Of a stretch of 64,000 nucleotides of DNA, positions 36,712-47,440 are shown one piece after another. The stretch lies in IMG/VR virus record IMGVR_UViG_3300014613_000020, positions 1 to 64,000 of that record. One strand, written 5' to 3'. The position numbers and the translations under genes were made by a program. The DNA comes from a virus. Within the stretch, counting starts at the first letter, position 1, and each line of letters opens with the position of its first letter. The notes under the pieces are model-generated. The model was not told the DNA's origin, made no database searches, and saw nothing but the letters and a program-made list of their open reading frames with translations.

Positions 36712-37859
36712 TGCCGATCAGACTGATTGACCCGGATTACGAACCGGAGGAGACTCAATTCGAGTCCTACGTTGATGGGAAGTATCCCGTCAGTGGACTA
36801 ACATTTTTTACAAAGGATGATAGTGGCAATTCGATATTTGTGGCACAGTCAGGCAATAGGATGGTTGCCAGGTATCGGACTGTGCTGGAGGATGGGGGTG
36901 ACGGCCCGCCTGGGTCGGTTGACAGGGGTGAGGTTCCATTGCTGGTGAGAGCGTTTGGCGGGGATGTGTCAGAACTTCCACCATACAATCAGCCAAATCG
37001 TAGGTTATCTGTAGCAGAGACACTGATAAATGATTCAGAGAAGGTCATTATCGTTAATGTATCCAATGGATGGATAAATAGTGTTCCTGGGATGCAGGTG
37101 AAGCCAGACTATTACCGGTTCAAATATGGCCGCATTATGACCAACAATCAGCTCGGGGAACCAAGCTGGATCACAGGTCAATATGGGCCATTTGCTATTG
37201 TAGCCATGGATATTGTGGGGGATGCGCAGGGCAACCCTTCCTCATTTGACCAGGTAAGGGTACGCAGTTTCTTAAACTATCCATTATCTGTAGTTGATGG
37301 GGAATTGACGTGGGATGTTACCAAGTCCGGTTCCTACACAGCATCCTCATGGCGATTCTCAGAGTTTGCACGTAAACTGTGTGGTCATGAGTTTTTCAGT
37401 GTCTCGTTTGAGGATGAGTCAAATGTGATGCCTGAATTACATGATCTTGCAGTTGCAAATGGTTCTGTATACATGGGTATCATTGAAAAGGACAAGAAAG
37501 GCAGGTCTGTTCTGAATCTCGGTTCACTGCAACCAGTGGGGGGTTCCTTCGACTTGATGGGAACTGAAGTCGAGGAGGAAGAGGTTGAGATGGAGTCTGA
37601 CGCAGTTCAAGAGCTATACAAGGTTATCGAGAAATTATGTCCTACTAAGGCTTTTGCACAAAATGGAAAATTGACATCAGAGGCAGTGGAGTGGTGGAAA
37701 ACTCTACCTGGAGATGATCCATCAGATGGAGAGTTGATTGTAGGAATCAGTGCATTGTGCAAGAAACATGATATACCTCACAAATTTGCAGATATGGATG
37801 CTACGCACGTGAGCATTATCATTCAGTGGATGGAGGGTAGCGGAAATGACGAATTCTGA
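36711..37859 (+). CDS. hypothetical replication-region protein (possible SSB/annealing)
   Basis: long ORF with acidic tail ending DEF. Confidence 0.5.
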   Translation: MPIRLIDPDYEPEETQFESYVDGKYPVSGLTFFTKDDSGNSIFVAQSGNRMVARYRTVLEDGGDGPPGSVDRGEVPLLVRAFGGDVSELPPYNQPNRRLSVAETLINDSEKVIIVNVSNGWINSVPGMQVKPDYYRFKYGRIMTNNQLGEPSWITGQYGPFAIVAMDIVGDAQGNPSSFDQVRVRSFLNYPLSVVDGELTWDVTKSGSYTASSWRFSEFARKLCGHEFFSVSFEDESNVMPELHDLAVANGSVYMGIIEKDKKGRSVLNLGSLQPVGGSFDLMGTEVEEEEVEMESDAVQELYKVIEKLCPTKAFAQNGKLTSEAVEWWKTLPGDDPSDGELIVGISALCKKHDIPHKFADMDATHVSIIIQWMEGSGNDEF

Positions 37860-37981
37860 CATTAACAAAGTTAACACTGAATTGGAGACAATATTTTTGA
37901 CGGATAACGATCTGTTAGGGTTTGACAAGATGTTTGACGATTTCTGGCCTTACTTGGTAGAGGACTATCTGGCTGAGGAAG

Positions 37982-38359
37982 ATGTCGATAACGACAACGA
38001 TTTTTAATCGTAATGTCGTTGACGGAGCCAAACTAGGTGAGACCCACGGACTAGGTAGTTTTTATCAATATGATGATGACCCACTCTCTACGCATTATGT
38101 CTATCCTGAATGGTACAATACGGAAAAGAAAGTTACTTCTTGGTCACTCGCTAAATGGTTATTGGAGGTTCATCAGCGTAGGGGGTGGGTCCCCTATTTC
38201 TCGGATAGAATAAATATGCGGCACGCGTCACCTCTTCTCAGGCAGTATGATGTTGCTACATTGATACGAGCTATACACTTCGCATCACAAGTTGCCACTA
38301 GACCTTTCTCATTCAAGCTGGTGAAAAAATGCCTCTCAGAAAAGTTCCTCGGCGAGTAG
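37982..38359 (+). CDS. hypothetical protein
   Basis: ORF with GAGGA RBS. Confidence 0.5.
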   Translation: MSITTTIFNRNVVDGAKLGETHGLGSFYQYDDDPLSTHYVYPEWYNTEKKVTSWSLAKWLLEVHQRRGWVPYFSDRINMRHASPLLRQYDVATLIRAIHFASQVATRPFSFKLVKKCLSEKFLGE

Positions 38360-39285
38360 ATGTAGCCAAGGTAAAACAAGAAACTAATATAGCAGATGTC
38401 ATAGGGTCTGTGGTGTCACTGAGCAAGGCGGGTGGACTGCTAAAAGGACTTTGCCCATTCCATCAGGAAAAGAATGCGAGTTTCACAGTGTACACAGATA
38501 GTTTTTTCTGCTTCTCGTGCAGAGAATCTGGGGATTTACTCAGTTTTGTGCAAAAGTTTTATAAACTTGATTTTCCTCAGGCATTGGAATGGCTGGCACA
38601 GAGGCAGGGAACTTTTGAACCTGCTCCTGTCGTAAGGCACGAGCATTCAAATCCCGTGCCGGTCATTCCAGAACTTGTTACCTATTACAATTCCATGTTA
38701 AGGGATGAACATCGTGAATACTTCCACAGTCGCCTATTCAAGGATGAAACTATTGACAGAGAAGGATGGGGGTGGTCGGGAACCAGATTCTCAATACCTG
38801 TATGGGCAGGTAGACCGCAGGAAAGTGAATGCCTTGGGATAAGGCTTAGAAAGAAGGACGGAGATGGCGGACCGAAGTATATTGGGATTCGGGGCAGCAA
38901 TGATACTGCTCTTTACAATTCTTGGTCTCTCTATGGGGAAAAAGGAGCTTTTGTCCACTTCGGGGAGTTCGACTCGCAACTGTGCTGTCAGGATGGGTTA
39001 CCATCTGTTAGTCCTGTCAATGGCTGCGGCAGTTGGGATACTTCTTGGAATGAGCATTTCGTAGACAAAGAAGGAATTATTATCATCCCAGACGTAGGGG
39101 AAGAGAAGTTCGGGCACAGATTGGCTGACATACTGGGCACAACTAGATGTCGCGTGTTGAATCTATCCAATGGATGGCCTGGAAAAGACTATAACGAGGG
39201 GCGAATGAATGGAGCCAAGCCCAAAGATTTGTTGAATCTGTTAGTTGATCAATATTCTCAAGTGGCAGTTGAATTTGACTTTTAG
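38329..39285 (+). CDS. dnaG: DNA primase (CHC2 zinc finger plus TOPRIM-like)
   Basis: CPFHQEK..SF....FFCFSC; GEFD; PD; KDYNE. Confidence 0.85.
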   Translation: MPLRKVPRRVDVAKVKQETNIADVIGSVVSLSKAGGLLKGLCPFHQEKNASFTVYTDSFFCFSCRESGDLLSFVQKFYKLDFPQALEWLAQRQGTFEPAPVVRHEHSNPVPVIPELVTYYNSMLRDEHREYFHSRLFKDETIDREGWGWSGTRFSIPVWAGRPQESECLGIRLRKKDGDGGPKYIGIRGSNDTALYNSWSLYGEKGAFVHFGEFDSQLCCQDGLPSVSPVNGCGSWDTSWNEHFVDKEGIIIIPDVGEEKFGHRLADILGTTRCRVLNLSNGWPGKDYNEGRMNGAKPKDLLNLLVDQYSQVAVEFDF

Positions 39286-39296
39286 GAGAGGCTATA

Positions 39297-39638
39297 ATGA
39301 GGAAAGTAAGCAATTTTAAGTTAGATAAAATTCCAGTATGGAAGATTGTTTTTGTTGTAACAACTTCTCCCTATTATGAGATGCACCGAATTTTGTTAAT
39401 TGAGGATTGGCCTAATAGGGATGAGTTTACTCTAGTTGAGGGGTATCACCAATCTTTGTGCGGTTTTGATGATACCAAATGGGAAGCTATGGTTTATACT
39501 TGTAACGAATTAAAACGATTGGTTATTGGCTGGGGTCGTGGCCCTTTTGAAATTGAACAAAAGGCGAAACCATTGATTTTACAATATTTGGAAAATGATT
39601 ATGATTTGGTAGCAGAACGTGAAATGCTGGATAGATGA
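39297..39638 (+). CDS. hypothetical protein
   Basis: ORF with AGGAG RBS. Confidence 0.5.
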   Translation: MRKVSNFKLDKIPVWKIVFVVTTSPYYEMHRILLIEDWPNRDEFTLVEGYHQSLCGFDDTKWEAMVYTCNELKRLVIGWGRGPFEIEQKAKPLILQYLENDYDLVAEREMLDR

Positions 39639-41095
39639 AACTAGTAGAGTACGAGCAGGCATTACTATCAGCAATTTTGCAGCATCCTCCGACAATAAAA
39701 ATCCTTGCCCCTGAACTAACAGCGGATAAGTTTGGATGGTCTGTAGGCGGAGAGGAAGGGGGTGGGCATAGACTTATATACCAAGCGGCTGTCAGTTGTC
39801 ATCTCAAAGGAATTCCACCGGATGCCATATCCGTAGAAAGGGAGCTTGCTGATAAGATAGAAATCGCCGGCGGTGTATCATATCTACGTCAATTGGTCAC
39901 CATCCTGCCGACTCTGGGAGTGCGGGTCGTAAACGAGAACAGCGTGCGGAACTGGGCACGGGTAGTGGACAATCTAGGCAGGTTACGTGAATTGAGCAGA
40001 GTGGTGACTTCCTATTCAGACATGCTGATGGACAAAGAACGAGCATTAAGGGAGATTGACGATGTAGACACATTCATATCAGAACTGATAGCGGAACTGT
40101 GGAAGGCACAGGGGGTTGTAAACTCGGATTATCAACATATCAGTATTGGAATTGGGGATTTTAGGAGAAGGTTGGAACAGGAGTTGCGAGGAAGATCAAT
40201 CAGCATACCGGAAATAGGTTGGCCTTCATTCAGGAGTGCAAGCTTGCCTTTTATGGGGGGACTCACAGTCATTGCAGGTCTTCCAGGAGCGGGGAAGACA
40301 CAGCTTGCACTCCAGATCATGCTAGGGCAGATAATTCAGGCCAAACGACGAGGCGCTTCAGGGTGTGTGGCGATAAACAGCTATGAGATGACATCCTGGC
40401 GTATCGTTAGTCGTTTGGCCTGTTGCCTTGCGGGGGTGGATTCATCATTGCTGCGAACGGGTAAAATCAAGGAAAGTTCTGAAGACGCCAAACGTCTGTT
40501 TGAGTGGACTGAGTTTTTAGAAGACTTCCCAATCTACATAGACGACTCGAACCTTACCACATCGGCTAGAATCAATTGGCAGTCGTCGGCGTTGCACGCC
40601 ATAAACGGGCCTTTGTTGCACTTGGTGGTAGACTACGCGGAGAAAGTGCCTATGAATGAGACAGGCGAACGAGACTCAAGGGAACGGCAAGTTGCATCCA
40701 CTTTTATTAATGTGGCGAACATAGCTAAGGCGACGGGCGCATGTGGGACTGTGTTGTCACAGTTTAACAACTCTGTGTTATTCAACAAAAGTAAAATCGC
40801 GGGTGCGGGTGCGCTACGCTATGGTGGTGCAGGATGGCAGGCGGCAGACGTGCAGATGGAGGTTTGGAATCCAATCAGTATGAGGGCAAACCAAATTGAC
40901 TTCATCACGCCTGACAACTTGTCGGATGATGCTGTGTGGGTGATGGTGGAGAAGTACAGGGACGGGCCTGCGGGCGAGGTGTTCCCATTGAATTGGCAAG
41001 CACAATTTACACGATTCTCAGACCCCAAACTGTCTCAGACATTCGGGGCCGATTTGTACGAGGGATTGTCCGATTTGCGGGGAAGAGACTTCTAA
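39635..41095 (+). CDS. dnaB: DnaB-like replicative helicase
   Basis: EQALLS start, AGLPGAGKT, SYEM, VVDY, LSQ, KYRDGP. Confidence 0.9.
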   Translation: MKLVEYEQALLSAILQHPPTIKILAPELTADKFGWSVGGEEGGGHRLIYQAAVSCHLKGIPPDAISVERELADKIEIAGGVSYLRQLVTILPTLGVRVVNENSVRNWARVVDNLGRLRELSRVVTSYSDMLMDKERALREIDDVDTFISELIAELWKAQGVVNSDYQHISIGIGDFRRRLEQELRGRSISIPEIGWPSFRSASLPFMGGLTVIAGLPGAGKTQLALQIMLGQIIQAKRRGASGCVAINSYEMTSWRIVSRLACCLAGVDSSLLRTGKIKESSEDAKRLFEWTEFLEDFPIYIDDSNLTTSARINWQSSALHAINGPLLHLVVDYAEKVPMNETGERDSRERQVASTFINVANIAKATGACGTVLSQFNNSVLFNKSKIAGAGALRYGGAGWQAADVQMEVWNPISMRANQIDFITPDNLSDDAVWVMVEKYRDGPAGEVFPLNWQAQFTRFSDPKLSQTFGADLYEGLSDLRGRDF

Positions 41096-41126
41096 CTTTT
41101 GCACAAAAGAAAGGAGATGTAGATAA

Positions 41127-42417
41127 ATGGCGAATAGGCTAGGGCCTTATGAAGTAAACAGCATTATAAATGGGCATGTCATGGATGTTTTAAGAGAATT
41201 GCCTGATGAATCAATCCACTGCTGTGTAACTTCTCCGCCATACTGACTGGGGCCTGAGAGATTATTCTATTCCTCCAGTAATATGGCCTGATGGTATAGT
41301 GTCTTCTCTGGGCCTTGAACCGACGCCCGATCTTTTCGTGGCGCACCTGGTCGAGGTGTTCAGGGAGGTGAGGAGGGTTTTGCGGGGGGATGGTACTGTG
41401 TTTCTTAACATTGGGGATTCGTATGCTGGACATCATGGCAATAGCAAGGTCCCGGATGATGATGCTCCTAGCAACAAGCCTGGCTATTGGGAGAATATGC
41501 GACCTACAAGTATCGGCAATGGCCTTAAGCCCAAAGACCTCGTGCTAATACCCGAACGCTTGGCAATTGCCCTTCAAGAGGACGGATGATGGATACGTAG
41601 TAGAATCATCTGGGCAAAAGGGGTTTCGTTCGGCACACACAATACCGAGTGTCCTCGCTGCGGCCACAAGCACAAGGCCACCTATTCAGGATCGTGTATG
41701 CCAGGCTCACAACAGGACAGGCCGACGACATCCTACGAGCATGTGTGGATGCTTAGTAAGAGCGCGAGATACTACTATGATGGGGATGCAGTGAGGGAGC
41801 CACACCGAGAAGCGAGCCTCAAACGATGGCATGGGGAGCTTAAGCCGTCCACACAATCTAGGAACAGGGAAGGCATATATCCTCAAGACGGCATTAACAC
41901 TCTACACAAGATAAAAGCCGGTGATATTCTCAACCCAGCAGGCCGCACCCTACGCTCCGTCTGGCTCATAAACCCCCAACCTCTGAGGGAAGCACACTTC
42001 GCAACCTATCCGCCCGACCTGGTAGAGCCGATGATCAAGGCGGGGACAAGCGAACGTGGGTGCTGCACTGAGTGTGGAAATCCCTGGAAGAGGGTGATAG
42101 AGAGAAAGGTTATCAATCGTGATGATTGGGGGCCATCAAATCCAAAACATGCTACCCCGCAAGGTATTCATGGGCCTTCTATGAGGAATGAGGGTAGATG
42201 TGGAGATTCATTGAGTGCCACCATTGGCTGGCAACCCACCTGTACCTGTGGCGGTGATACAGAACCAGCTATCGTCCTCGATCCATTCATGGGCGCTGGC
42301 ACAACAGCACTCGTAGCTAAACGGCTTGGGCGTAACTTTTTGGGCATTGAACTCAACCCGGAGTATATTAAAATAGCGGAGAATCGCATTTGTGTTGTGC
42401 AACCTGTTCTGTTCTAA
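41127..42417 (+). pseudogene. N4C/N6A DNA methyltransferase with 4-nt frameshift and in-frame TGA
   Basis: TSPPY then TGAC then WGLRDY; DG-TGA-WIRS; HFATYP; LDPFMGAGTT. Confidence 0.8.
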
Positions 42418-42437
42418 CTTTTGTGCAAAAGCAGTAT

Positions 42438-42466
42438 TTGACTTTTGGGCAAGTCTGTGATATAAT
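42438..42466 (+). promoter_or_regulatory. sigma70 promoter (leaderless polA)
   Basis: TTGACT-17-TATAAT, ATG 7 nt downstream. Confidence 0.7.
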
Positions 42467-42473
42467 GGGGGGT

Positions 42474-44195
42474 ATGGTGATACATCGGAATGAGTTTCCA
42501 ACAGAAGTTCCGCATGTGGTAGGAATAGACATAGAGACTACGTCAAATATGGGCCAATTGTCGCGATTGCACCTTGACGACATAGCATTGGTGCAGATTG
42601 CCTGTGGTGATGATGTCTACGTGATTGACGACATTCGTCCTTTTGCACAAAAGTTAGAGTCGCTTTTAGCGGACGTTGAAACAGTGAAAGTATTCCACAA
42701 CGCTGTGTTTGACCTGGGGTTCTTGAGCATAGCGTTGGGGAGTCCGATTATCAATAACGTGTTCGACACCATGCTTGCTGAGCGGGTGCTGACCAATGGG
42801 ACGGGGTTGGAATGCTCACTGAAGGCTGTTGCTGATAGGTATTTGCAGGTTCACTTGGACAAAGGTTTGCAAACGTCGTTTGGCAGTTATTCCTTTACGG
42901 ATGATCAGATAGAGTACGCTGCCAAGGACGCGCAAGTCCTGCCTGCTATCAGAGATATGCAGATGGCTAAACTCAGAGAGAACGGTTTGATGAAGGTGAT
43001 GCAACTAGAGAATGACCTAGCGCCTATCGTAGCAGGCATGGAAGTTGCGGGGATGGGATTTGACGGCGACAGATGGAAAATTCTATCGGATAGTTTGCTA
43101 AGGGAGAGTCAGGAAGTGAACAACAGGATTCAGTCAAACCTTGGGTTGGAACACACGATGACTGACTTCTTCGGTAATATATCGGGAATCAACCTTAACT
43201 CGCGTGATCAGGTATTGTCACAATTAAAAAAGATTGGGATAGACCTTCCTGATTACAGAGATCAAACACTAAAGTCATACGCGGCAAAGCATCCGGAATG
43301 CACAGTTCTTCAGGACATTATAGACTACAGGCACGCGACGAAGGCGCTATCATTCGCATACCACGACTACGTCAATCCGGTGACAGGCAGGATACACGCG
43401 AAGTTTACACAGCTGGGTTCACGCGCTGGTCGGTTCTCGTCGTCGGACCCAAACCTGCAACAAGTTCCGGCGCAAAAGCGATTTAGAGACTGTTTTGTTG
43501 CCAATGATGGCAAGTTACTGGTAACGGCTGATTACAGCCAACAGGAGATGCGTCTCATGGCGCAGGCATCTGGCGATGAGAACCTTATAAACGTGTGCAC
43601 GGCGAGTGACATACATGCAGAAAACGCACGAGTGATGTACAAGGATGATTCAATCGACAAGAACGACAAAAGGCGTATGATTGCCAAAAACGCTGGATTT
43701 GCGTGGCTGTATGGTAGCGGGCCTGAGACAATGGCGGTGACAGCGGGAATATCGGTAAGTGACGCGAGAGACGTGTTGGCAAAGCTGTCGGCATCCTATC
43801 CGATGGTTGACAAGTGGGCCAAACGGCAGTTAAAACAATTATATGAGAAAGGTTACATAGAAACCCTTCTAGGGCGCAGGAGATGGCTTGTGGGCGCGAA
43901 AGGAAGCGATGAGATAGTAAAGTATGCACGTATTGCTAAGAACACTCCCATCCAAGGCAGTGGCGCTGACATCATCAAATATGCCCTTGTCGAGATAGGA
44001 ACCATGCTGCGTGGCTATGCACAGATAATCTCAACAATCCACGATGAGATAATAGTAGAAGTGGATGAAGACGATGCCGAATCTGTGAAGGATTGCATAA
44101 TACAATGCATGGAATATGCCGGTGAGAAGTTGATAGACCGAGTACCTGTGGTAGTAGAAGCAGGAATGGCAAAAGAATGGTCGAAAGGAGAGTAG
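42474..44195 (+). CDS. polA: family A DNA polymerase (3'-5' exonuclease plus polymerase)
   Basis: DIET, HNAVFD, YAAKD, ADYSQQEMR, KNAGFAWLYG, IHDE. Confidence 0.93.
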   Translation: MVIHRNEFPTEVPHVVGIDIETTSNMGQLSRLHLDDIALVQIACGDDVYVIDDIRPFAQKLESLLADVETVKVFHNAVFDLGFLSIALGSPIINNVFDTMLAERVLTNGTGLECSLKAVADRYLQVHLDKGLQTSFGSYSFTDDQIEYAAKDAQVLPAIRDMQMAKLRENGLMKVMQLENDLAPIVAGMEVAGMGFDGDRWKILSDSLLRESQEVNNRIQSNLGLEHTMTDFFGNISGINLNSRDQVLSQLKKIGIDLPDYRDQTLKSYAAKHPECTVLQDIIDYRHATKALSFAYHDYVNPVTGRIHAKFTQLGSRAGRFSSSDPNLQQVPAQKRFRDCFVANDGKLLVTADYSQQEMRLMAQASGDENLINVCTASDIHAENARVMYKDDSIDKNDKRRMIAKNAGFAWLYGSGPETMAVTAGISVSDARDVLAKLSASYPMVDKWAKRQLKQLYEKGYIETLLGRRRWLVGAKGSDEIVKYARIAKNTPIQGSGADIIKYALVEIGTMLRGYAQIISTIHDEIIVEVDEDDAESVKDCIIQCMEYAGEKLIDRVPVVVEAGMAKEWSKGE

Positions 44196-44198
44196 AAA

Positions 44199-44702
44199 GT
44201 GGTAGGCACAGTAAAAATATCTTACCCCAAGAAGGCACTGATCAAACGAGTAGTAGGAGAAGATTCATATTACATTGATGAGAAATCTCGGCTGATCACC
44301 ACTGCGTTGTGGATAGGGCCACATGCACAAATAGCCCGGGAGACAGGGCATTATGCAGGCTGGGATCACCCGATGGAGCAGAACTACAGCAGCATACCGG
44401 ATTGCGACGCGTTACTCTTTGATGGGGGTATTGCGGTGTACCCGACTGATATATTGCATCAATCCGAAGGTAATATCATCTGGCGATTGTTTGTTGGTGA
44501 TGGCTGGCGGGTGTTTGTCAACGAGCTATACCGTCACCTGTTCATCACACTGTACGGGGAACACCTGCGATACCGGCAACTGAAAGCGGACGGACCAATC
44601 ATCATCGAATGGGTGACGGGTATCGTCGGTCAGCTCATGCCAGGGAACTTCAGAGAGGACCCGCTGGCAGTGTTGGGCTTGCTGGAGGAGGTGGGTGCAT
44701 GA
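44199..44702 (+). CDS. hypothetical protein
   Basis: ORF with AGGAG RBS. Confidence 0.5.
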   Translation: MVGTVKISYPKKALIKRVVGEDSYYIDEKSRLITTALWIGPHAQIARETGHYAGWDHPMEQNYSSIPDCDALLFDGGIAVYPTDILHQSEGNIIWRLFVGDGWRVFVNELYRHLFITLYGEHLRYRQLKADGPIIIEWVTGIVGQLMPGNFREDPLAVLGLLEEVGA

Positions 44703-44775
44703 CGATATTGATAATCTTCCTGGTGGTAGTGCTGTTCGTGATCATTGCCAATTTCGTGGTGATGGGGGACAGTCG

Positions 44776-44871
44776 GTGATCTCTGACTGGCGGATCGAAG
44801 AGATGGACGTGATAGAGTGGGCGGCTACGTATGAGGGGCCACAGTTTCATGCCATGATCACGTCATACTGA
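44776..44871 (+). pseudogene. orphan N-terminus of a DNA methyltransferase
   Basis: WRIEEMDVIEWAATYEGPQFHAMIT aligns with WEIVEADVMEWAKAYTGQKFHAAIM of 45718 gene. Confidence 0.75.
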
Positions 44872-45679
44872 TTTCTTTCATAATCTTGATAACCATACTG
44901 GGAGCGTTATGAATGTCGTGTTCCCAGACACAAGTATAGTTGAATCCCCTATCAAGAGCTGTTTGTTTCTTGTTGACATCATTGGCTACATTTTTCTGCT
45001 GTATAGAGCCGAGAGAGGCGTGGTCATAGAATCGAGGATCAGCATGCCAGAAGGTACCATGGATTTCAATGAGGGTGTTAGTGTCAGGGAGGAAAAAGTC
45101 GAATACATAACGGTTGAGTCTATATTGCCAAACGAAGCAAATTGCCATCTTGTCAAGAATGGCCGCGAACTTTGTTTCGAGTTTGTTAAAGGCTTTCCCA
45201 GTGCGCCCATCGGCTATTTGTTGAGTCGTAATCCTTGCTTGTCGGAGCCTAGCCCCAGGAACTTCAAACTGTTGTCGGTTGGCCTCCCGAATCTTTGCTT
45301 TAGCTTCTGGTGTATGTGTTTTCCCAAACATTCCATTGGCAGATCCAAAGTTAGCCTTGCTTCTAGTTTTGATATTACATCGGCTTAGTCTGTAGCAAAT
45401 ACCAGTTTGTGATAAACCCACATAAGATGCAACTTGTGATTGAGAAAGCTCTTGGTTGGTATATAGATCATCTAAGAGTTCACATGTGATATTCTCTGTG
45501 CCATTACTAAGTAATTGCGCTTCACTGTTTGTACGACGTGGAATACCCAATTTCTTAAGCCACGTCCCAATAGCTGGCCTTGACACATTGAATAGAGCAG
45601 CAATCTCTTGTAGAGTTCTTTTCTCAACAAGATAGAGAAACTCCAGTTGTGACTTCTGAGTTTTTGTCAATTTGTTCAT
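44858..45679 (-). mobile_element. free-standing homing-type endonuclease (HTH repeats, NUMOD3, Vsr/DUF559-like)
   Basis: MFGKTHTPEAKAKI; FDF...IEIHGTFWH; TTGCCT-17-TATACT promoter 7 nt before ATG 45679. Confidence 0.8.
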
Positions 45680-45717
45680 ATCAGATAGTATAGCACGAAA
45701 CTTGAAAGAAGGCAAAT

Positions 45718-47439
45718 ATGGCAAAATGGGAAATCGTAGAAGCTGACGTTATGGAGTGGGCAAAGGCATACACAGGCCAAAAATTTCATGCTGCCATTAT
45801 GGACCCACCCTATCATCTAGGGCCAAAAGGGTTCATGAACAGGGGCTGGGATGCTGGTGAGTATGGGATTTCTTTTCGACCTGAGACCTGGGCTGCTCTA
45901 GCCGAGCACCTCCTCCCCGGTGCATGGATATTTGCCTTTGCAAGCTCGCGCGGGTGGCACAGGATGGCAGTAGCGATGGAGGACGCAGGGTTGATATTGC
46001 AACCGAGTATCTTCGTCAATGGGGAAGTGCTGGAGCTGCCACTGGCTTTTCTGCATGTGGAGGGGCAATCTTTCCCAAAAGCGACGAGGATTGACATAAA
46101 ACTGGATCAAAATGCTGGCGTAACAGGCAACAGAAGTCGCAAAGTCTATGGTGATGGTAACCAATACTATCCAACACCTGACAGAACAAATCCTAATCCA
46201 ATGGATTGGGAAACTAAAGCACAAGATCGCTTTACTGAATACAATGCCGTGACTGATTTGGCTCAAGCTTGGCAAGGCCACCGTTACGGGGGGCAGGTTC
46301 TCAAAAATGCAGCCACTACGGTGGTTCTGGCCTACAAGCCTCTCCCAGGACAAGTTAGACCCATCATCTGCGCACAGAAGCTCTGGACGACGCCACGACT
46401 CGATTGCATCGTGGAGACTGGGGCGGGGGCGCTCTGGGTGGATGGGGGAAGGATTGGGACAGAGTTTGTCGCAACAACTGGCCGATCCGATGAAAAGCAT
46501 GCCAAGAGTCAAAGCCTTGGCGATTCGTGGAGTGGCGTCGTAGATGAAACGCCACATCAAGGCCGCTGGCCAGCCAACTTTTGCCTTCTACATTCGCCTG
46601 GGTGTATCAGGGTAGGGACGAAACGGGTGAAGGGAAGTGGTCGTCTTAGTGACAATCCTAGCCCTGGGGGGTATGATGTTGGATTTGGTGGCAGTAGAGA
46701 TAACAATAAGTACGCTGACGCCGATGGGCTAGAAGAGGTCGAGGAGTGGAGGTGTGTCGAGGGATGCGCGGTAAAGGCGCTAGGGGAGCAGAGTGGACAG
46801 CGATTGTCAGGCTATCGAGTAAACCCAAGTACAAATAAAACAACGTGGTTTGGTGCAAATGATGGTAGCTATATTGAGGGGGAACGTGGTTATTCAGATT
46901 CAGGCTCCTGCACCCGCTTCTACCACAACGCTGACTGGTCCTACGAGATCGCCGAACGTCTGGCGATGGTGAATCCGGTACTTTACATGGCAAAGGCGGG
47001 ACGGGGGGAGAGGGACGCGGGGCTTGAAGAGTTTGATCTAAAAGCAGTCAACCCAAATTATGGTAAGGGAGGGTTCAAACGACCTACAGATGAACCAAAG
47101 CGAGAGATTGCACCATTCCGCAATCCCCATCCCACGGTCAAACCTATTGCCTTAATCCGCTGGCTTGCCACTTTGCTCCTTCCACCCAAATCCTATGCAC
47201 CTTGTTGTGTCCTAGTCCCCTTTGCTGGTGTAGCGTCCGAAGGCATTGGTTGCATGTTAGCTGGATGGGAAGAAATAATAATGATAGAACAGGAAAGTGA
47301 ATATGTAGAGATTGGTAAAGCAAGAATGAGCTGGTGGCAAGAAAGATATGACAGAGGATTACATGATGTCAAAGAGATATTAAAGTCAAATAAAAAGAAG
47401 AAAGACATTCCGAATCAAATCAGATTGAAAGGACTATAA
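45718..47439 (+). CDS. DNA methyltransferase (N6A/N4C)
   Basis: DPPY, GRWPAN, HPTVKP, VPFAG. Confidence 0.85.
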   Translation: MAKWEIVEADVMEWAKAYTGQKFHAAIMDPPYHLGPKGFMNRGWDAGEYGISFRPETWAALAEHLLPGAWIFAFASSRGWHRMAVAMEDAGLILQPSIFVNGEVLELPLAFLHVEGQSFPKATRIDIKLDQNAGVTGNRSRKVYGDGNQYYPTPDRTNPNPMDWETKAQDRFTEYNAVTDLAQAWQGHRYGGQVLKNAATTVVLAYKPLPGQVRPIICAQKLWTTPRLDCIVETGAGALWVDGGRIGTEFVATTGRSDEKHAKSQSLGDSWSGVVDETPHQGRWPANFCLLHSPGCIRVGTKRVKGSGRLSDNPSPGGYDVGFGGSRDNNKYADADGLEEVEEWRCVEGCAVKALGEQSGQRLSGYRVNPSTNKTTWFGANDGSYIEGERGYSDSGSCTRFYHNADWSYEIAERLAMVNPVLYMAKAGRGERDAGLEEFDLKAVNPNYGKGGFKRPTDEPKREIAPFRNPHPTVKPIALIRWLATLLLPPKSYAPCCVLVPFAGVASEGIGCMLAGWEEIIMIEQESEYVEIGKARMSWWQERYDRGLHDVKEILKSNKKKKDIPNQIRLKGL

Positions 47440-47440
47440 A

